From an uncultured Acidimicrobiia bacterium (lineage in GTDB: Bacteria > Actinomycetota > Acidimicrobiia > IMCC26256 > JAENVU01), in contig CAWFYD010000004.1 of assembly GCA_963819945.1 (NCBI GenBank), positions 20,272 through 84,271 on the forward strand: a stretch of DNA of 64,000 nucleotides, read 5' to 3'. Made by a program: the position numbers and the translations under genes. This document shows, piece by piece, positions 1 to 11,585 of the stretch; position 1 is the first letter of the stretch; the number at the start of each line of letters is the position of its first letter. The notes below the pieces were generated by a model. That model saw only the letters and a program-made list of their open reading frames with translations, was not told the DNA's origin and did not search any database.

Positions 1-858
1 TGCCGCTTGCGTCCGGTTTCGTTCCCACGATGCAGCGCGCCACGCCCGGAACCCGGACCGTGCCGTCCTTCTCGAATGCGCTCACCTTTGCCATGGCGGT
101 GGCCCGAATCCGTTCCCGCGCCGGTTCGTCGATCTGCTGCAGCGCCGCGACTGCGAGCGAGACGTGCTCGCTGATCATCTCCCAATACTGCGTCGGGCGA
201 CTCGCGTCACGAGCTCGACGGTGACGTCCCACTCGGCGACGTCGCGCAGCCCCGCGCCCTCGTACAGGGCACTGACGTATCCCGGGGCAGCGCACCGGAA
301 CATGTTCGGCCCGTCCGGGTCGGGTGGCGCCAGCACCGTCTCGGTCGCGATTGCCTGCATGGCGATCGATGTCCACGGGTTTTCGTCGGGCTTGACCCAT
401 ACGGACGAGCAGAGCCGTCCGCCCGGCTTGAGCACGCGCGTGAACTCGGCCGTCGCCTTGGCTACGTCGGGAAAGAACATGTACCCGAAGCGCACGGAGA
501 CGCTATCGAATGTGGCGTCGTCGAACGGCAGATCATCGGCGCTGCACACCTTCGTCTCGATGTTGGTGATCCCTTGCGCCTTGGCTCGTCGCGCGGCGAT
601 ATCCAGCATCTCCGCGACGAGGTCGGTCAGCACGACGCGTCCCTGCGGCGACAGTCTCGCGATGCTCAGACCAGGCTCACCCGTGCCCGCGGCGATGTCG
701 AGATGCTGCTGATCGGAAGCGATGTCGAGACGCTCGATCATCGCGGCGCCGACCGGACCGAGCTGATCCGTGATGACCGCGTCCCACTTCTCCCAACCCG
801 CCGAGAGCCCGGCCCAGGTTGCTCGCTGACTGTCTCGGATCTCGTTGCCGCTCGGCAT
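1..858 (-). pseudogene. Class I SAM-dependent methyltransferase (Methyltransf_11-like); one frameshift near 205-215; 3' end leaves the window
   Basis: ORF 175..858 has the SAM motif LDIAAGTGEPG, the acidic loop VLTDL and PGGRL. After ...VTVELVT the family-typical tail PTQYWEMISEHVSLAVAALQQIDEPARERIRATAMAKVSAFEKDGTVRVPG reads on in another frame down to nt 1 (own translation). Confidence 0.8.
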
Positions 859-983
859 CTGCCCTCCGCCACCGATCCACAGAACACGAAGGCACTTCTT
901 CGTTGGGGGGCATGATGCCCGGTCGGCGCGTGCCGCTCCAACCCCGCCAGGACCTGATCCGCCCGGTCTGCGTCCGAGCGCGA

Positions 984-1962
984 CTACGAGCGAACGAGGA
1001 TCACGGTCTTGCCGCTCGCGGTGCCGGCCTCGAGCCCGCGAATCGCCGACGCAGTGTCTTCGAGGGTGAAGCGCTGGCCGATCGACGGCACGACGTCACC
1101 GGTCTCGATGAACTCGGCGAGCCGCTCCATCGAGGAATGGTGCTCCTTGCTGACGAACATCGTGAGACGCTGCTGAACGAATGGCGACAGGAGCATCGCC
1201 CGCAGCTGTCGCCCGATGCCGCCCGTCCAGCGGCCGCCGTTCTCCCCGCCCACGATCACGAGGGTGCCCTTCCGGGTCAACGCACTGCGGAGACGGGAGA
1301 TGGTGCTGCGACCGCCAATATCGAGGATCACGTCGTACCGGCGCCCGCGGTCGGCGAAGTTCTCCCGGGTGTAGTCGACGACGTCGTCGGCTCCGAGGGC
1401 GCGGACCAGTTCGACCTTGGCGGTGCCGGCGACGCCGGTGACCTCGGCACCGAGCGCTTTGGCCAACTGCACCGCGAAGCTGCCGACCCCGCCGGAGGCT
1501 CCGATGACGAGCACGCGTTGCTCGGGCTGGAGCCGGGCTACGTCAGTCAGCGCCTGGAGCGCGGCGATGCCGGAGACCGCCGAGACGGCTGCCTGCTCGA
1601 AGGTGGCACGATCCGGCATTCGCGCGAGCTTGTCCTCGCTCGCGGCGCAGTACTCGGCGAAGGATCCTGAAGCGATGCCGAAGACTTCGTCGCCGGCGCG
1701 CGAACCGGCTGACCGACGTTCCCACGGCGGCCACGCGGCCCGCGACATCCAGCCCGGGGATCGGCTGCTTCGGCCGCCTCAGACCGAAGCCGGCCACGCG
1801 GACCAGGTACGGCAGGCCGGTCATGAGGTGCCAGGTACCCCGGTCGACACCGGCGGCGTGCACCTCGACGAGGACCTCGTCGGGGCCGATGGTCGGGCAC
1901 TCGACGGTTTGGAGCTCGAGGCTGTCGGCCGGGCCGTACGACCGCTGCACAACGGCACGCAT
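984..1962 (-). pseudogene. NADPH:quinone oxidoreductase / zinc-type alcohol dehydrogenase-like (MDR family), one frameshift near 1700
   Basis: The GroES-like half MRAVVQRSYGPADSLELQTVECPTIGPDEVLVEVHAAGV...GLDVAGRVAAVG lies in ORF 1543..2055. The remainder AGDEVFG...VLVIGASGGVGSFAVQLAKALGA...GKTVILVRS lies in ORF 984..1748. The junction behaves as one extra base. ATG at 1962. Confidence 0.85.
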
Positions 1963-2284
1963 CGTCGACCGGCCGGGCGACGGCGACGACGCCGGTTCCG
2001 AGTCCCGAGGTGCCGATTCGGATTGGTTCGATCGTGGTGGGGTTGCCATCGTCATGAAGTGCGTCCTCCCGTGTGCGTGAGGCCGTGTGAGCCCGGTCGA
2101 GGGACCTCACGGAAGCTGCTGCGTGCCTACCCGGACGGACCAGGAGAAGACCGACCCCAATTATCGAAGATGCGCGTGACGATCGCTCGCGAATCAGATT
2201 GCGACCGGAAGACGGGCCGCGGGCGACCATTGGGGGCGTGCCAGAAGCCACTCGCCGTCTCCAACCCGCGTCGTGGCGTCGCGG

Positions 2285-3627
2285 TCAACCCGAGACCGCA
2301 AAGAGATGCCAGGAGCCGGGAACGCCTTTCAGCTCGTGGTCGCCTCGGTCTTCGAACTCGATGCCAGAACCGGCGACGAGGTCAACGACCGTTCGGGACG
2401 CGAGGACCTCACCGGCCGCGGCGAGCCCGGAGACCCGCGCCGCAATGTGTACTCCGATGCCGGCGACGTCCTGATCGCGTAGCTCGATCTCGGCGGTATG
2501 CGCGCCGGAGCGCACGTCGAGCCCGGACTCCCGCATCGTGTTTCTGATCATGATCAAGGCGCCGATGGCGCGCGCCGGTCCGTCGAACACTGCGAGCACG
2601 CCGTCACCGGTGTTCTTCACTTGTCGACCTCTGAAGCGTGCGAGAGAACGACGTACGACATCGTCGTGGTGGTCGAGAAGCTCCTTCCAACCACGGTCTC
2701 CGAGCGTCACGGCGTGTTGCGTCGAGTTCACGATGTCGGTGAACGCCACGGTCGCAAGCGTCCGGTCGACGTTCTGCGTATGACGGGCACCGGTGAGGAA
2801 TTCCTCGGTCTGGTCGGCGAGCTCGTCGATCGAGCTCGAGAAGAAGAGATGGTCACTGCCGGCCAGCTCGACATACTTGGCGCTGGGCAGATGCTCGGCC
2901 AGGAACCGGCCGTGCGCCGCGCGCACGTACTGGTTGCCCGCTTGATGAGCGACCAGCACCGGCTGGTGCACGGCTCCGAGCACATCTCGTACGTCGAGCG
3001 CGAACGCGGCCTGCTGCATCTGGATCGCGGGCCCCAATCCAACGGAGTGCCTGCCAGAAGTGTGCCCACCACTGCCGGAACGCGGGATCGCCGGCTCGAC
3101 TTGGCGCCACGAGCTCAGGAACTACCCCGGTCGGAAAGTCCTGCCGAAACGCTGTCAACCGACGAGAGTTGAATCTCCTCTGGAATGCCTAACGGGTAGT
3201 CAGGCGCTCGGCTCAGGCGCGCGAAGGTGTTGTACAACACCAGGCTCGAGACGCGAGACGAATGCGTTGCGGCCGCGAGGAGCGCGACCGGACCGCCTGC
3301 GTCGATGCCGATGAGGTGTGCTTGCGCACTCCCGGCCGCGTCGAGCACCGAGATGAGATCGTCGACCCACTCCTCGGCAGTTGGGATCGCGCGCCGTGCG
3401 ACCGGATCCGAGAGTCCACACCCTCGCTTGTCGAACAGGATGAGTCGGCCGAGCGAACCGAGCCGATGGAAGAAGCGCGCCGCGAACTGGTCGTCCCAGA
3501 CGAGCTCCACGTTCGACCACGACGTCGGCATGAGTGCCATGTCCAAAGGACCGTCGCCGACGACCTGATACGCGAGAAAGGAACCATCGGCCGTCTCCAC
3601 GTATTGCGTCGTCGGAAAGTCGGCCAC
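2285..3627 (-). pseudogene. Alpha/beta-hydrolase domain fused to class III adenylate/guanylate cyclase (LipJ/Rv1900c-like architecture), two frameshifts 3040-3160
   Basis: ORF 3115..3840 carries the hydrolase half (FDKRGCGLSD, HLIGIDAGGP). A bridge FRQDFPTGVVPELVAPSRAGDPAFRQWW is in the ORF 2853..3158 frame. ORF 2285..3037 carries the hydrolase end plus the cyclase (FTDIVNSTQ, KNTGDGVLAVF, GIGVHIAARV, LKGVPGSWHLFAV). GTG start at 3627 is inferred. Confidence 0.8.
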
Positions 3628-3712
3628 GTGCGGATCACAGCACACGTCGGCGTAAACAACAAAAGGCGTCGCGTGCGACGCGCTCGAGGACCGCTCCGAG
3701 CTGTGCGTGCGG

Positions 3713-5419
3713 TCACGCGCAGCGGCAGGGCACGGTTTGGTCGAGAACCTGCCAGCGGAACTCCACGGGTGGTGACGCTTCACCGCAGCCGGTGCAGCTG
3801 ATGCGCCACGCCGAACCGACCCGCGCGATCTGGAGCGCAACTTCGCCGGTGGAGAGCCGCGTCGGTTCGACTTTGGGCTTCCTCACGGCCGGCAAGCTCG
3901 TGATCTCGGGTTCGAGATACATCGTTTCCGAGCTGGGCTCGGGCAGGGCGCGTTCGAGACGCGTCAGCTCCGCCTCGTCGCTCGCGCCGAACGCCCCGCG
4001 CGAGGCGAAGGCCAACAATGCGTACTGCGTTTCGACATCTAATGGTTCGGTTGGACGCTGATAGCTCTCGAGGTGCTCCGGCGTGCGCACGACGGGGGGA
4101 CCCGGTTCGGCGATGAACTCGGCGAGCTGATCGAAACGAGCGCTGTCGAACACGCCCGTGGCCTCCGAGATCCGCTCGATCTCGTCGAGGAAGCCATCGC
4201 GCTCGACGCGGTGTGCTGGATCTTCGAGCGTGTCCTTGGCGAACATGATCACCAAGGTGGCGGCGATCCCCGCCCGTTTCCGCCGGAGGATGCGGCCCAT
4301 GCGCTGGATCATTTGGCGTCGGGTGCGGCTCGCGCTCATCACCACGCCGAGGTTCGCGTCGGGTACGTCGATGCCTTCGTCGAGGACACGGGGCGCGGCG
4401 ACCGCATCGAGCTTCCGATCGCGGAGGTCGTCGAGGATCTCGCGCCGCCGGGCGCGCCCGGTGGAGCCGGTGATCAGATCGACCGCGACGAGGGGGTCGA
4501 GCCGGTTGATCGCGTGGTTCGCCGCGCGCACGGTCTCGGTGAAGACCAGCGCGCCTTCCGCAGCCCTGATTGCGGGAGCGAGGTGGCCGAGGAGCTCGTA
4601 CTTGCCGATGCTCTGAGCCACGATCTGGCGCCGCTTCGAGAACGCGTCGAGGTATTCGCGTGCGGCGCGGCCATCGACACCGGCGTCATGTTCGGCAAGG
4701 TGCGCGACCGCGGCGATGAAATCACCGAACGGCTCGAGTGGCATGTCGCGGACCTGGCGGAGATGGCTGCGCGAGCTCACGAGGCGTTGCTCGAACGCGG
4801 CGTAGTCGGCGCGCTCCTGATCCGAGAGCGCGACACCTACGAACGCCACCCGCGGACGGGCGCACACGCCGTCCGCGATTCCTTGCTCGAAGCCGTAGCG
4901 ATAACAGATGCCGCCGAAATAGGGGAGTAGGAGATCGGTGACCGCGTCGTCGCTGCGCTCCAACGTCGCGGTGAGGCCGAGGCGTTCTTCGTATTGCGGG
5001 AGCATCGCCCGCCGAAGCGTCTTCCCGCCGAGGCCGTGGCACTCATCGGCAATCAGCAGCCCGCCCCCGAGGCCGGGTGCCGGCTGGTACGCCGCCGCCG
5101 AGTGGCGAGTCGCGACGAGTACGTCGCAATCGGTCGGTCCGTCGCGACCGCTATCGCCCAGCCGTCCGATGCGGGCAGAGGGGAGGGCCAGCGTGAGCCG
5201 GCCGTGCCACTGCTCCATGAGAACGCGCGACGGAACGAGAACCAGGACGAAGCGGCCCCGGCGCAGCGCGTCCGCGGCCGCGGCGATCGCGACATCGGTC
5301 TTGCCGGAACCGGTGACGGCTTCGATGACGCCTTGGCGTCCGCAGCGCAACCAGCTCACGAGCGCGTCGAGCTGCCAGCGGTAGAGCTCACGATCAGCCG
5401 GGTGTGCACCTGTCGACAT
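3713..5419 (-). CDS. SF2 DEAD/DEAH-box (ResIII/XPB-like) helicase with a Cys-containing C-terminal extension
   Basis: Uninterrupted 568-aa ORF. Motif I AVTGSGKT, II DECH, III TATLER, VI QRMGRILRR. About 130 aa of tail ends ...WRISCTGCGEASPPVEFRWQVLDQTVPCRCA. Confidence 0.85.
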   Translation of the reverse strand: MSTGAHPADRELYRWQLDALVSWLRCGRQGVIEAVTGSGKTDVAIAAAADALRRGRFVLVLVPSRVLMEQWHGRLTLALPSARIGRLGDSGRDGPTDCDVLVATRHSAAAYQPAPGLGGGLLIADECHGLGGKTLRRAMLPQYEERLGLTATLERSDDAVTDLLLPYFGGICYRYGFEQGIADGVCARPRVAFVGVALSDQERADYAAFEQRLVSSRSHLRQVRDMPLEPFGDFIAAVAHLAEHDAGVDGRAAREYLDAFSKRRQIVAQSIGKYELLGHLAPAIRAAEGALVFTETVRAANHAINRLDPLVAVDLITGSTGRARRREILDDLRDRKLDAVAAPRVLDEGIDVPDANLGVVMSASRTRRQMIQRMGRILRRKRAGIAATLVIMFAKDTLEDPAHRVERDGFLDEIERISEATGVFDSARFDQLAEFIAEPGPPVVRTPEHLESYQRPTEPLDVETQYALLAFASRGAFGASDEAELTRLERALPEPSSETMYLEPEITSLPAVRKPKVEPTRLSTGEVALQIARVGSAWRISCTGCGEASPPVEFRWQVLDQTVPCRCA

Positions 5420-5535
5420 GAGGGAACAACGCTACCGGGACGATTGCCATGCTGCGTACCGAGCGCACGGTGCGCGACCGATGCCTGCGGCCAGACGGTG
5501 CGCGTCGGGGACGGGAACGCCGCGATACTTGGCCG

Positions 5536-6365
5536 ATGGAGCTGTCTTCGGTGACCGTGCGCGTGTTGGGCGCGGTCGAGCTGGTCGATGCTTCGGGCGA
5601 GGTTCGTGAAGTGCCGGGTCGTCGATTGCAGACCTTGCTCGCCCGCCTCGTGTCGCAGCCGGGGCAGGTCGTCTCCGTGGATGCGCTCGTTGACGCCGTG
5701 TGGCCGGACGGGCTCCCTGATGTCCCCGGATGCGGCATTGCAGACCCAGGTGTTCCGGCTGCGGAAGCGGCTGCGGCTTTCCCGGCGCTCCCACCGTCGC
5801 GACGCGTGGCCCGGGCTACGCGCTCGAGCTGGGCTCTGCGACCGTCGACGCGATCGAGTTCGAACGGGGGGTTCGAGCCGCGATCGGCGCCGAACCGTCG
5901 GTCGCCCGCTCGCTCTTGCACGACGCGCTGTCCCTGTGGCGGGGTACGCCGTACGCCGGATTCGAGGATGTCGAGCCGCTGCGGGCGGAGCAGGTCCGGT
6001 TGGAGGAGCTCCATCTGCAAGCGATCGAGGCGCACGCCGAAGCGCTGCTGGCGTGCGACGAGCCGAACCACGCCATCACGGAGCTGGACGCGTTCGTGTT
6101 GGAGCACCCGCTGCGCGCCGAGGCTCAAGCCACCCTGATGCGCGCCCTCGCCGCCACCGGGCGCGATGCCGAGGCGCTTCGCGTGTTCCAGGCGTACCGA
6201 GACCATCTGGTCGAAGAGCTGGGTCTCGAGCCCTCACCACGACTCCGACGATTGGAAGCGTCGATCGTGCGCGGTGACGTGAACCCGGGCCCCGAGTCGG
6301 CTGCATTGGCCGGCGAACCCGCTGACCGCGGCTGTCCATCGACGGCTTGTCGCGGCAACGCCTGA
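5536..6365 (+). pseudogene. SARP-family regulator (winged helix + BTAD), two +1 frameshifts; probably continuous with the hydrolase domain downstream
   Basis: wHTH VRVLGAVELVDASGEV..RRLQTLLARLV is in ORF 5449..6138. PDAALQTQVFRLRKRL is in the ORF 5588..6277 frame. The BTAD LWRGTPYAGFEDVEPLRAEQVRLEELHLQAIEAHAEALL...ALRVFQAYRDHLVEELGLEPSPRLRRLE is in ORF 5730..6365. ATG at 5536. Confidence 0.8.
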
Positions 6366-7142
6366 CCGGAAACGGGGATCGATCTCGCCTGGGGTGAGCT
6401 CGGAGCCGGGTCCCCGGTGGTCGTGGTCCCGGCGTGGATCTCCAACCTCGAGGTGATCGCCGAGGGCGGCGATCCTCGGTCGTCGCTGATCGAGCACCTC
6501 GCGCGAAATCACCGTGCGATCACCTACGACCGGCGCGGCACGGGCTTGTCGGGCGGCACGGTTCGCGATTTCAGTGTCGAGGCCGCCGCCGACGAGCTCG
6601 AGGCCGTGCTGGAACATCTCGGTGAGCCGGCGGCGCTCTTCGCGATGTCGGGGGCGGGGCCGATCGCGCTGGCGTGCGCGGCCCGCAGACCCGATCGGGT
6701 GTCACACCTCGTGCTGTTCGGGACGTACGCGAGCGGGCCCAAGACGTTCGGCGACGTCGGTCGACCGATCCTGGACCTGTTGCGTCAGCGCCCGAACATC
6801 GCGACCGAACTGTTGGCCGGTCTGTACCGCCCAGGAGCGTCGAGGTCCGCGACGCAGCAATTCGCGCGCATCCTGCGGGAGAGCGCGCCGATCGAGGTGG
6901 CGGCGGGCTACCTCGAAGCGATCTACACCACCGATGTCACTGATCTCGTCGAGGAGATTCGAGCGCCGGCACTGGTGTTGCACTACCGCGGTGATCGTGT
7001 GATCCCGTTCGCGGGTGGGGAGGCCCTCGCCGCCGCGTTGCCGTCGGCCCGTATGGTCGCGAAGGACGGCGCCTGGCATCTGCCTGATGCCCGCGACGTC
7101 GGCGACATCATCGGCGCCGTCGAGGAGCTGTTGAGCTCGTAG
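6366..7142 (+). CDS. Alpha/beta-hydrolase fold domain protein (same subfamily as the cyclase-linked modules); no own start codon at the domain N-terminus
   Basis: ORF 6417..7142. The frame is open back to TGA 6363-6365 and reads IDLAWGELGAGSPVVVVPAWISNLE, so the domain begins before the first start codon. Nucleophile elbow FAMSGAG. YDRRGTGLS. Confidence 0.75.
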   Translation, partial: PETGIDLAWGELGAGSPVVVVPAWISNLEVIAEGGDPRSSLIEHLARNHRAITYDRRGTGLSGGTVRDFSVEAAADELEAVLEHLGEPAALFAMSGAGPIALACAARRPDRVSHLVLFGTYASGPKTFGDVGRPILDLLRQRPNIATELLAGLYRPGASRSATQQFARILRESAPIEVAAGYLEAIYTTDVTDLVEEIRAPALVLHYRGDRVIPFAGGEALAAALPSARMVAKDGAWHLPDARDVGDIIGAVEELLSS

Positions 7143-7263
7143 CTCTGGTTCCACGGCGTTCCGGGTCGGCGATCCGGACCGCGAGCGTCCACGCGAGCGC
7201 GACGCGAGCGGACTTCGCGATGGTGTGTCGGACCAGCCGTCGGAAGACCCGTGGAGCGATGAA

Positions 7264-7927
7264 ATGACCGAGACCGCGCATCTCGCGCACTCCGAGCCCG
7301 TGCGTCGCCCTCACCCAATACGCGCCTGGGCCAACGCCAAGTTCTTCGAGCTGATGGACGGGTACCTCCATCGACGCCTCGGTGCCCGCAAGAAGGCCCT
7401 CTTCGCAGACTCTGCCTCCGACCGTCGTGGAGCTGGGTTCGGGAGCGGGTGCTTCGATGCGCTACCTCGCGCCCGGCAGCCGCCTCATCGCCATCGAACC
7501 GAACCCGCACACGCACGACGCACTGCGCCGCAACGCCGCACGCTACGGGATCGACCTCGAGATTCGCGAGGAAGGTGCTGAGTCGACCGGTCTCGCCAGC
7601 GCGAGCGTCGACGCGGTGATCTGCACACTCGTGCTGTGCACGGTGGAGGACCAGGCAGCTGCGCTCGCGGAGGTGCACCGCATCCTGCGTCCCGGAGGAC
7701 GCTTCGTCTTCATCGAGCACGTTGGGTCGGGTCCGGGTCCGCTCCGAGCGATGCAACGGCTGTTGCGTCGCCCATGGCGATATGTCTTCGACGGTTGCTG
7801 CCTCGACCGCGACACCGCCGCCGCGATCGCGGCTACCGGATTCGCGGACGTGCGGATGGAGAAGTACCGACTCGGTGGCCTGTTCGTGCCCGTGTGGCCG
7901 CAGATCAGTGGCGTCGCCGTCGCATGA
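7264..7927 (+). pseudogene. Class I SAM-dependent methyltransferase, one +1 frameshift near 7410
   Basis: ORF 7225..7581 gives MTETAHL...WANAKFFELMDGYLHRRLGARKKALFA. ORF 7382..7927 continues LPPTVVELGSGAGASMRYL...ILRPGGRFVFIEH. Confidence 0.8.
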
Positions 7928-7967
7928 GCACCGAACTGCACCCGCGGACCAACTTGGGAGGAACGCC

Positions 7968-8944
7968 ATGAGATCGGAGACGGACGGATCGCCGGCGGTG
8001 ACCGGCGCGCCGCAGTACGTCACAGATGGTGTCGGTCGGAATGGCCGCGCTCACCCCGGACGCGACGCTTTCGGCGTCGACACGTGCGATCGCCGCGGCC
8101 GGCATCGATCATGTCGTGTGCGGCGACCACGTCAGCTTCATCGTCGGTGCGGGCTTCGACGGGCTCATCGGCGCGACCCACGAGCTCGCAACCGAACCCT
8201 CGCTTCGAGCCTTCGTGGCGGTGTATCTGCTGCCCCTCCGTCATCCCGTGCTGGTGGCCCGTCAGCTGTCCTCCGTGTCCGAGCGCTACCCGGGACGGCT
8301 GACATTCGGCGTCGGTATCGGTGGCGAGGACCCCCACGAGCTCGAGATCTGCGGGATCGATCCCCGTACTCGCGGCCGCCGCATGGACGAATCCCTGGCC
8401 ATCCTCCGTGCGTTGCTCGCCGGAGCACCCGTCACTCACCACGGCGAGTTCTTCGACCTCGCCGAAGCCCTGATCCTGCCCGCGCCGCAACCACCCATCC
8501 CGATCATCGTCGGAGGTCGCTCCGACGCCGCGCTGCGCCGCGCCGGCCGCCTCGGCGACGGCTGGATCGGCATCTGGAACTCCGCGCGACGGTTCGAGCA
8601 AGCGAGCGCCATGATCGACGACGCCGCCGCGGCGGCCGGCCGACAGAACGTCGAATGGCAGCACGCAATGCAGGTCTGGTGCGGCATCGGAAGCGATCCT
8701 GCCGACCGGACGCGCGGCACTCGCTCCGACGATGGAAGGCCTGTACAACATCCCGTTCGAACGATTCGAGCGCTACAGCCCGTGCGGTGCCCCCGAGACC
8801 ATCGCCGAGTTCCTGGCGCCGTACGTCTTGGCCGGGTGCCGCACGTTCAACCTGCTGGCGTGTGCCGAGAACATGGACACGGCGGTGGCCGGCGTCTCCG
8901 AGATCCGCCGCCTCCTCAACGACGTCACTTCACCTCGCAGCTGA
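7968..8944 (+). pseudogene. LLM-class (luciferase-like, F420/flavin-dependent) oxidoreductase, two +1 frameshifts
   Basis: GGGAGG 7956-7961 lies 6 nt before ATG 7968. The frame changes between 8002 and 8040 into ORF 8026..9195 (AAGIDHVVCGDHVSF, LTFGVGIGG, IIVGGRSDAALRRAGRLGDGW). It changes again near 8710 into ORF 8732..8944 (MEGLYNIPFERFERYSPCGAPETIAEFLAPYV). Confidence 0.8.
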
Positions 8945-9020
8945 CCCGAGGTGAAATTCTGCGCCTCGTGCCTCCCGGCGAAGGCGGTCTTCAGGTATTC
9001 GTGGGAAATTCCCGGTGCGA

Positions 9021-9046
9021 TGTCGAGAACTCGAATCTGCTCCGTC
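9021..9046 (+). promoter_or_regulatory. Candidate ECF-type promoter upstream of the DGPF/sigma operon
   Basis: TGTCGA 9021-9026, a 16-nt spacer, then CGTC 9043-9046, about 38 nt upstream of ATG 9084. This matches the -35/-10 pattern I recall for ECF41/42-like groups (recollection, not verified). Confidence 0.35.
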
Positions 9047-9083
9047 CCAGGGTGTACCCCGACCGGCACCGAAGGAGAACACC

Positions 9084-9487
9084 ATGGCCAAGTACCTGTT
9101 GCTCAAGCACTACCGAGGCGCGCCGGCGCCCGTCAACGATGTCCCGATGGACCGGTGGAAGCCCGACGAGGTCGAGGCCCACATCCAGTTCATGAACGAC
9201 TTCGCAGCTCGGCTCGAGAGCAGCGGCGAGTTCATCGACGGACAGGCGCTGTCGCCCGACGGCGTGTGGGTCCGCTACGACGGCGAGGGGCGCCCGCCGG
9301 TGACCGACGGCCCGTTCGCCGAGACGAAGGACCTGATCGCGGGATGGATGGTGATCGACGTCGACAGCTACGAGCGAGCCATCGAGCTCGCCGGTGAGCT
9401 GTCGGCCGCACCCGGGGCCGACGGCGAACCGATCCACGAATGGCTGGAGGTCCGGCCCTTCCTGACCGCGCCGCCCACCGTCACCGA

Positions 9488-9491
<4 letters not shown>
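9084..9491 (+). CDS. YCII-related / DGPF domain protein
   Basis: ATG 9084 is preceded by GAAGGAGA (9071-9078). MAKYLLLKHYRG...DGPFAETKDLIAGWMVIDV is the family signature. The stop TGA 9489-9491 overlaps the next start. Confidence 0.85.
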
Positions 9492-10642
<1,151 letters not shown>

Positions 10643-10711
10643 CGTCGCCCGCTGGTGAGTCAGCGCTGTTTGTCGAATCCGACCTGGGTGTGCTCTCCGC
10701 GGACCCGTGGC

Positions 10712-10993
10712 TCAGGCGCTCACCTGGTTGGTGACCTCGGCCGTCCTCTCCTGCGGCGGGGGTGGACCGTTCTCGAGCGCCGCGACGACCGGGCCGAGCT
10801 TCTGCTGGAATGCGTCGTTCGATTCCTTCGTGTCCCAGAGCGCAACGACGAGGAAGCCGCCCTTGGTGGGCCCAGCGAAGTGGTGGAGCTGACCGGGGGG
10901 CAGCGTGCCGTCGGCGGGATGGACGGCGGCGATGATCGCGTCGTACTGCTCCTGGGTGCCGCCCTCGAAGAAGTGCGTGATCAGGTACGTCAT
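10712..10993 (-). CDS. Small conserved hypothetical protein (93 aa), possibly ABM/Dabb-like fold
   Basis: Intact ORF with GC-rich third positions: MTYLITHFFEGGTQEQYDAIIAAVHP...FLVVALWDTKESNDAFQQKLGPVV. No motif I can name. Confidence 0.55.
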   Translation of the reverse strand: MTYLITHFFEGGTQEQYDAIIAAVHPADGTLPPGQLHHFAGPTKGGFLVVALWDTKESNDAFQQKLGPVVAALENGPPPPQERTAEVTNQVSA

Positions 10994-11125
10994 GAGTTGG
11001 GCCTCCGGTTGTGCGACTGGGTGGCCTGTTGATCGCAGGCGGTCGTGCTCCTGCCCATTGTTGGCCTATCGGCGCGTCATCGGCGCGTCACGGGCGCGAC
11101 CGTCGGTCGGCCGTCCGCCGCTTGC

Positions 11126-11527
11126 TCAAGTTGCCGGATTCGGGGCCCATGGACGATGCGGTCGCACCCTCGGCGACCGACTCGCGTCGGCGATGTTCAT
11201 CGAGACGTGTTGAGTCCATGCCACATCGAAGGTGTCGTCGGGTACCGGAAGCGCGAGGGCGTCGCCCTGGTGGATCTCCACTCGGTCCGAGAGGCCGACC
11301 CGCCGGGTCAGGTCGATGGCCACGTCACAGAGCTCCTGGGTGAGGTCCACCCCGACGACGTGACAGCACCCGATCTCGCGCCAGGAAGCGCCGTTCGACT
11401 CGACGTTGCCCGCTATGGAACTCCCGTCTTGAACATCGGTGAGACACCGATCCTGGCAGTGCTGCCCGACCCGTGCTGCCGGCAGACGACTCCGGTCAGA
11501 TCGCGCTCGGGCCATCGTGTCCCTCAT
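11126..11527 (-). pseudogene. Remnant or frameshifted class I SAM-dependent methyltransferase
   Basis: The core GCCHVVGVDLTQELCDVAIDLTRRVGLSDRVEIHQGDALALPVPDDTFDVAWTQHVSMNIAD is readable. The glycine-rich SAM loop upstream and the C-terminal third are not readable in this frame. True extent unresolved. Confidence 0.55.
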
Positions 11528-11585
11528 CCGGTCAAGGACTTGCGCCTAGAGTCCCGCATCACTGCACGACGCGGCGGAGGACGAT

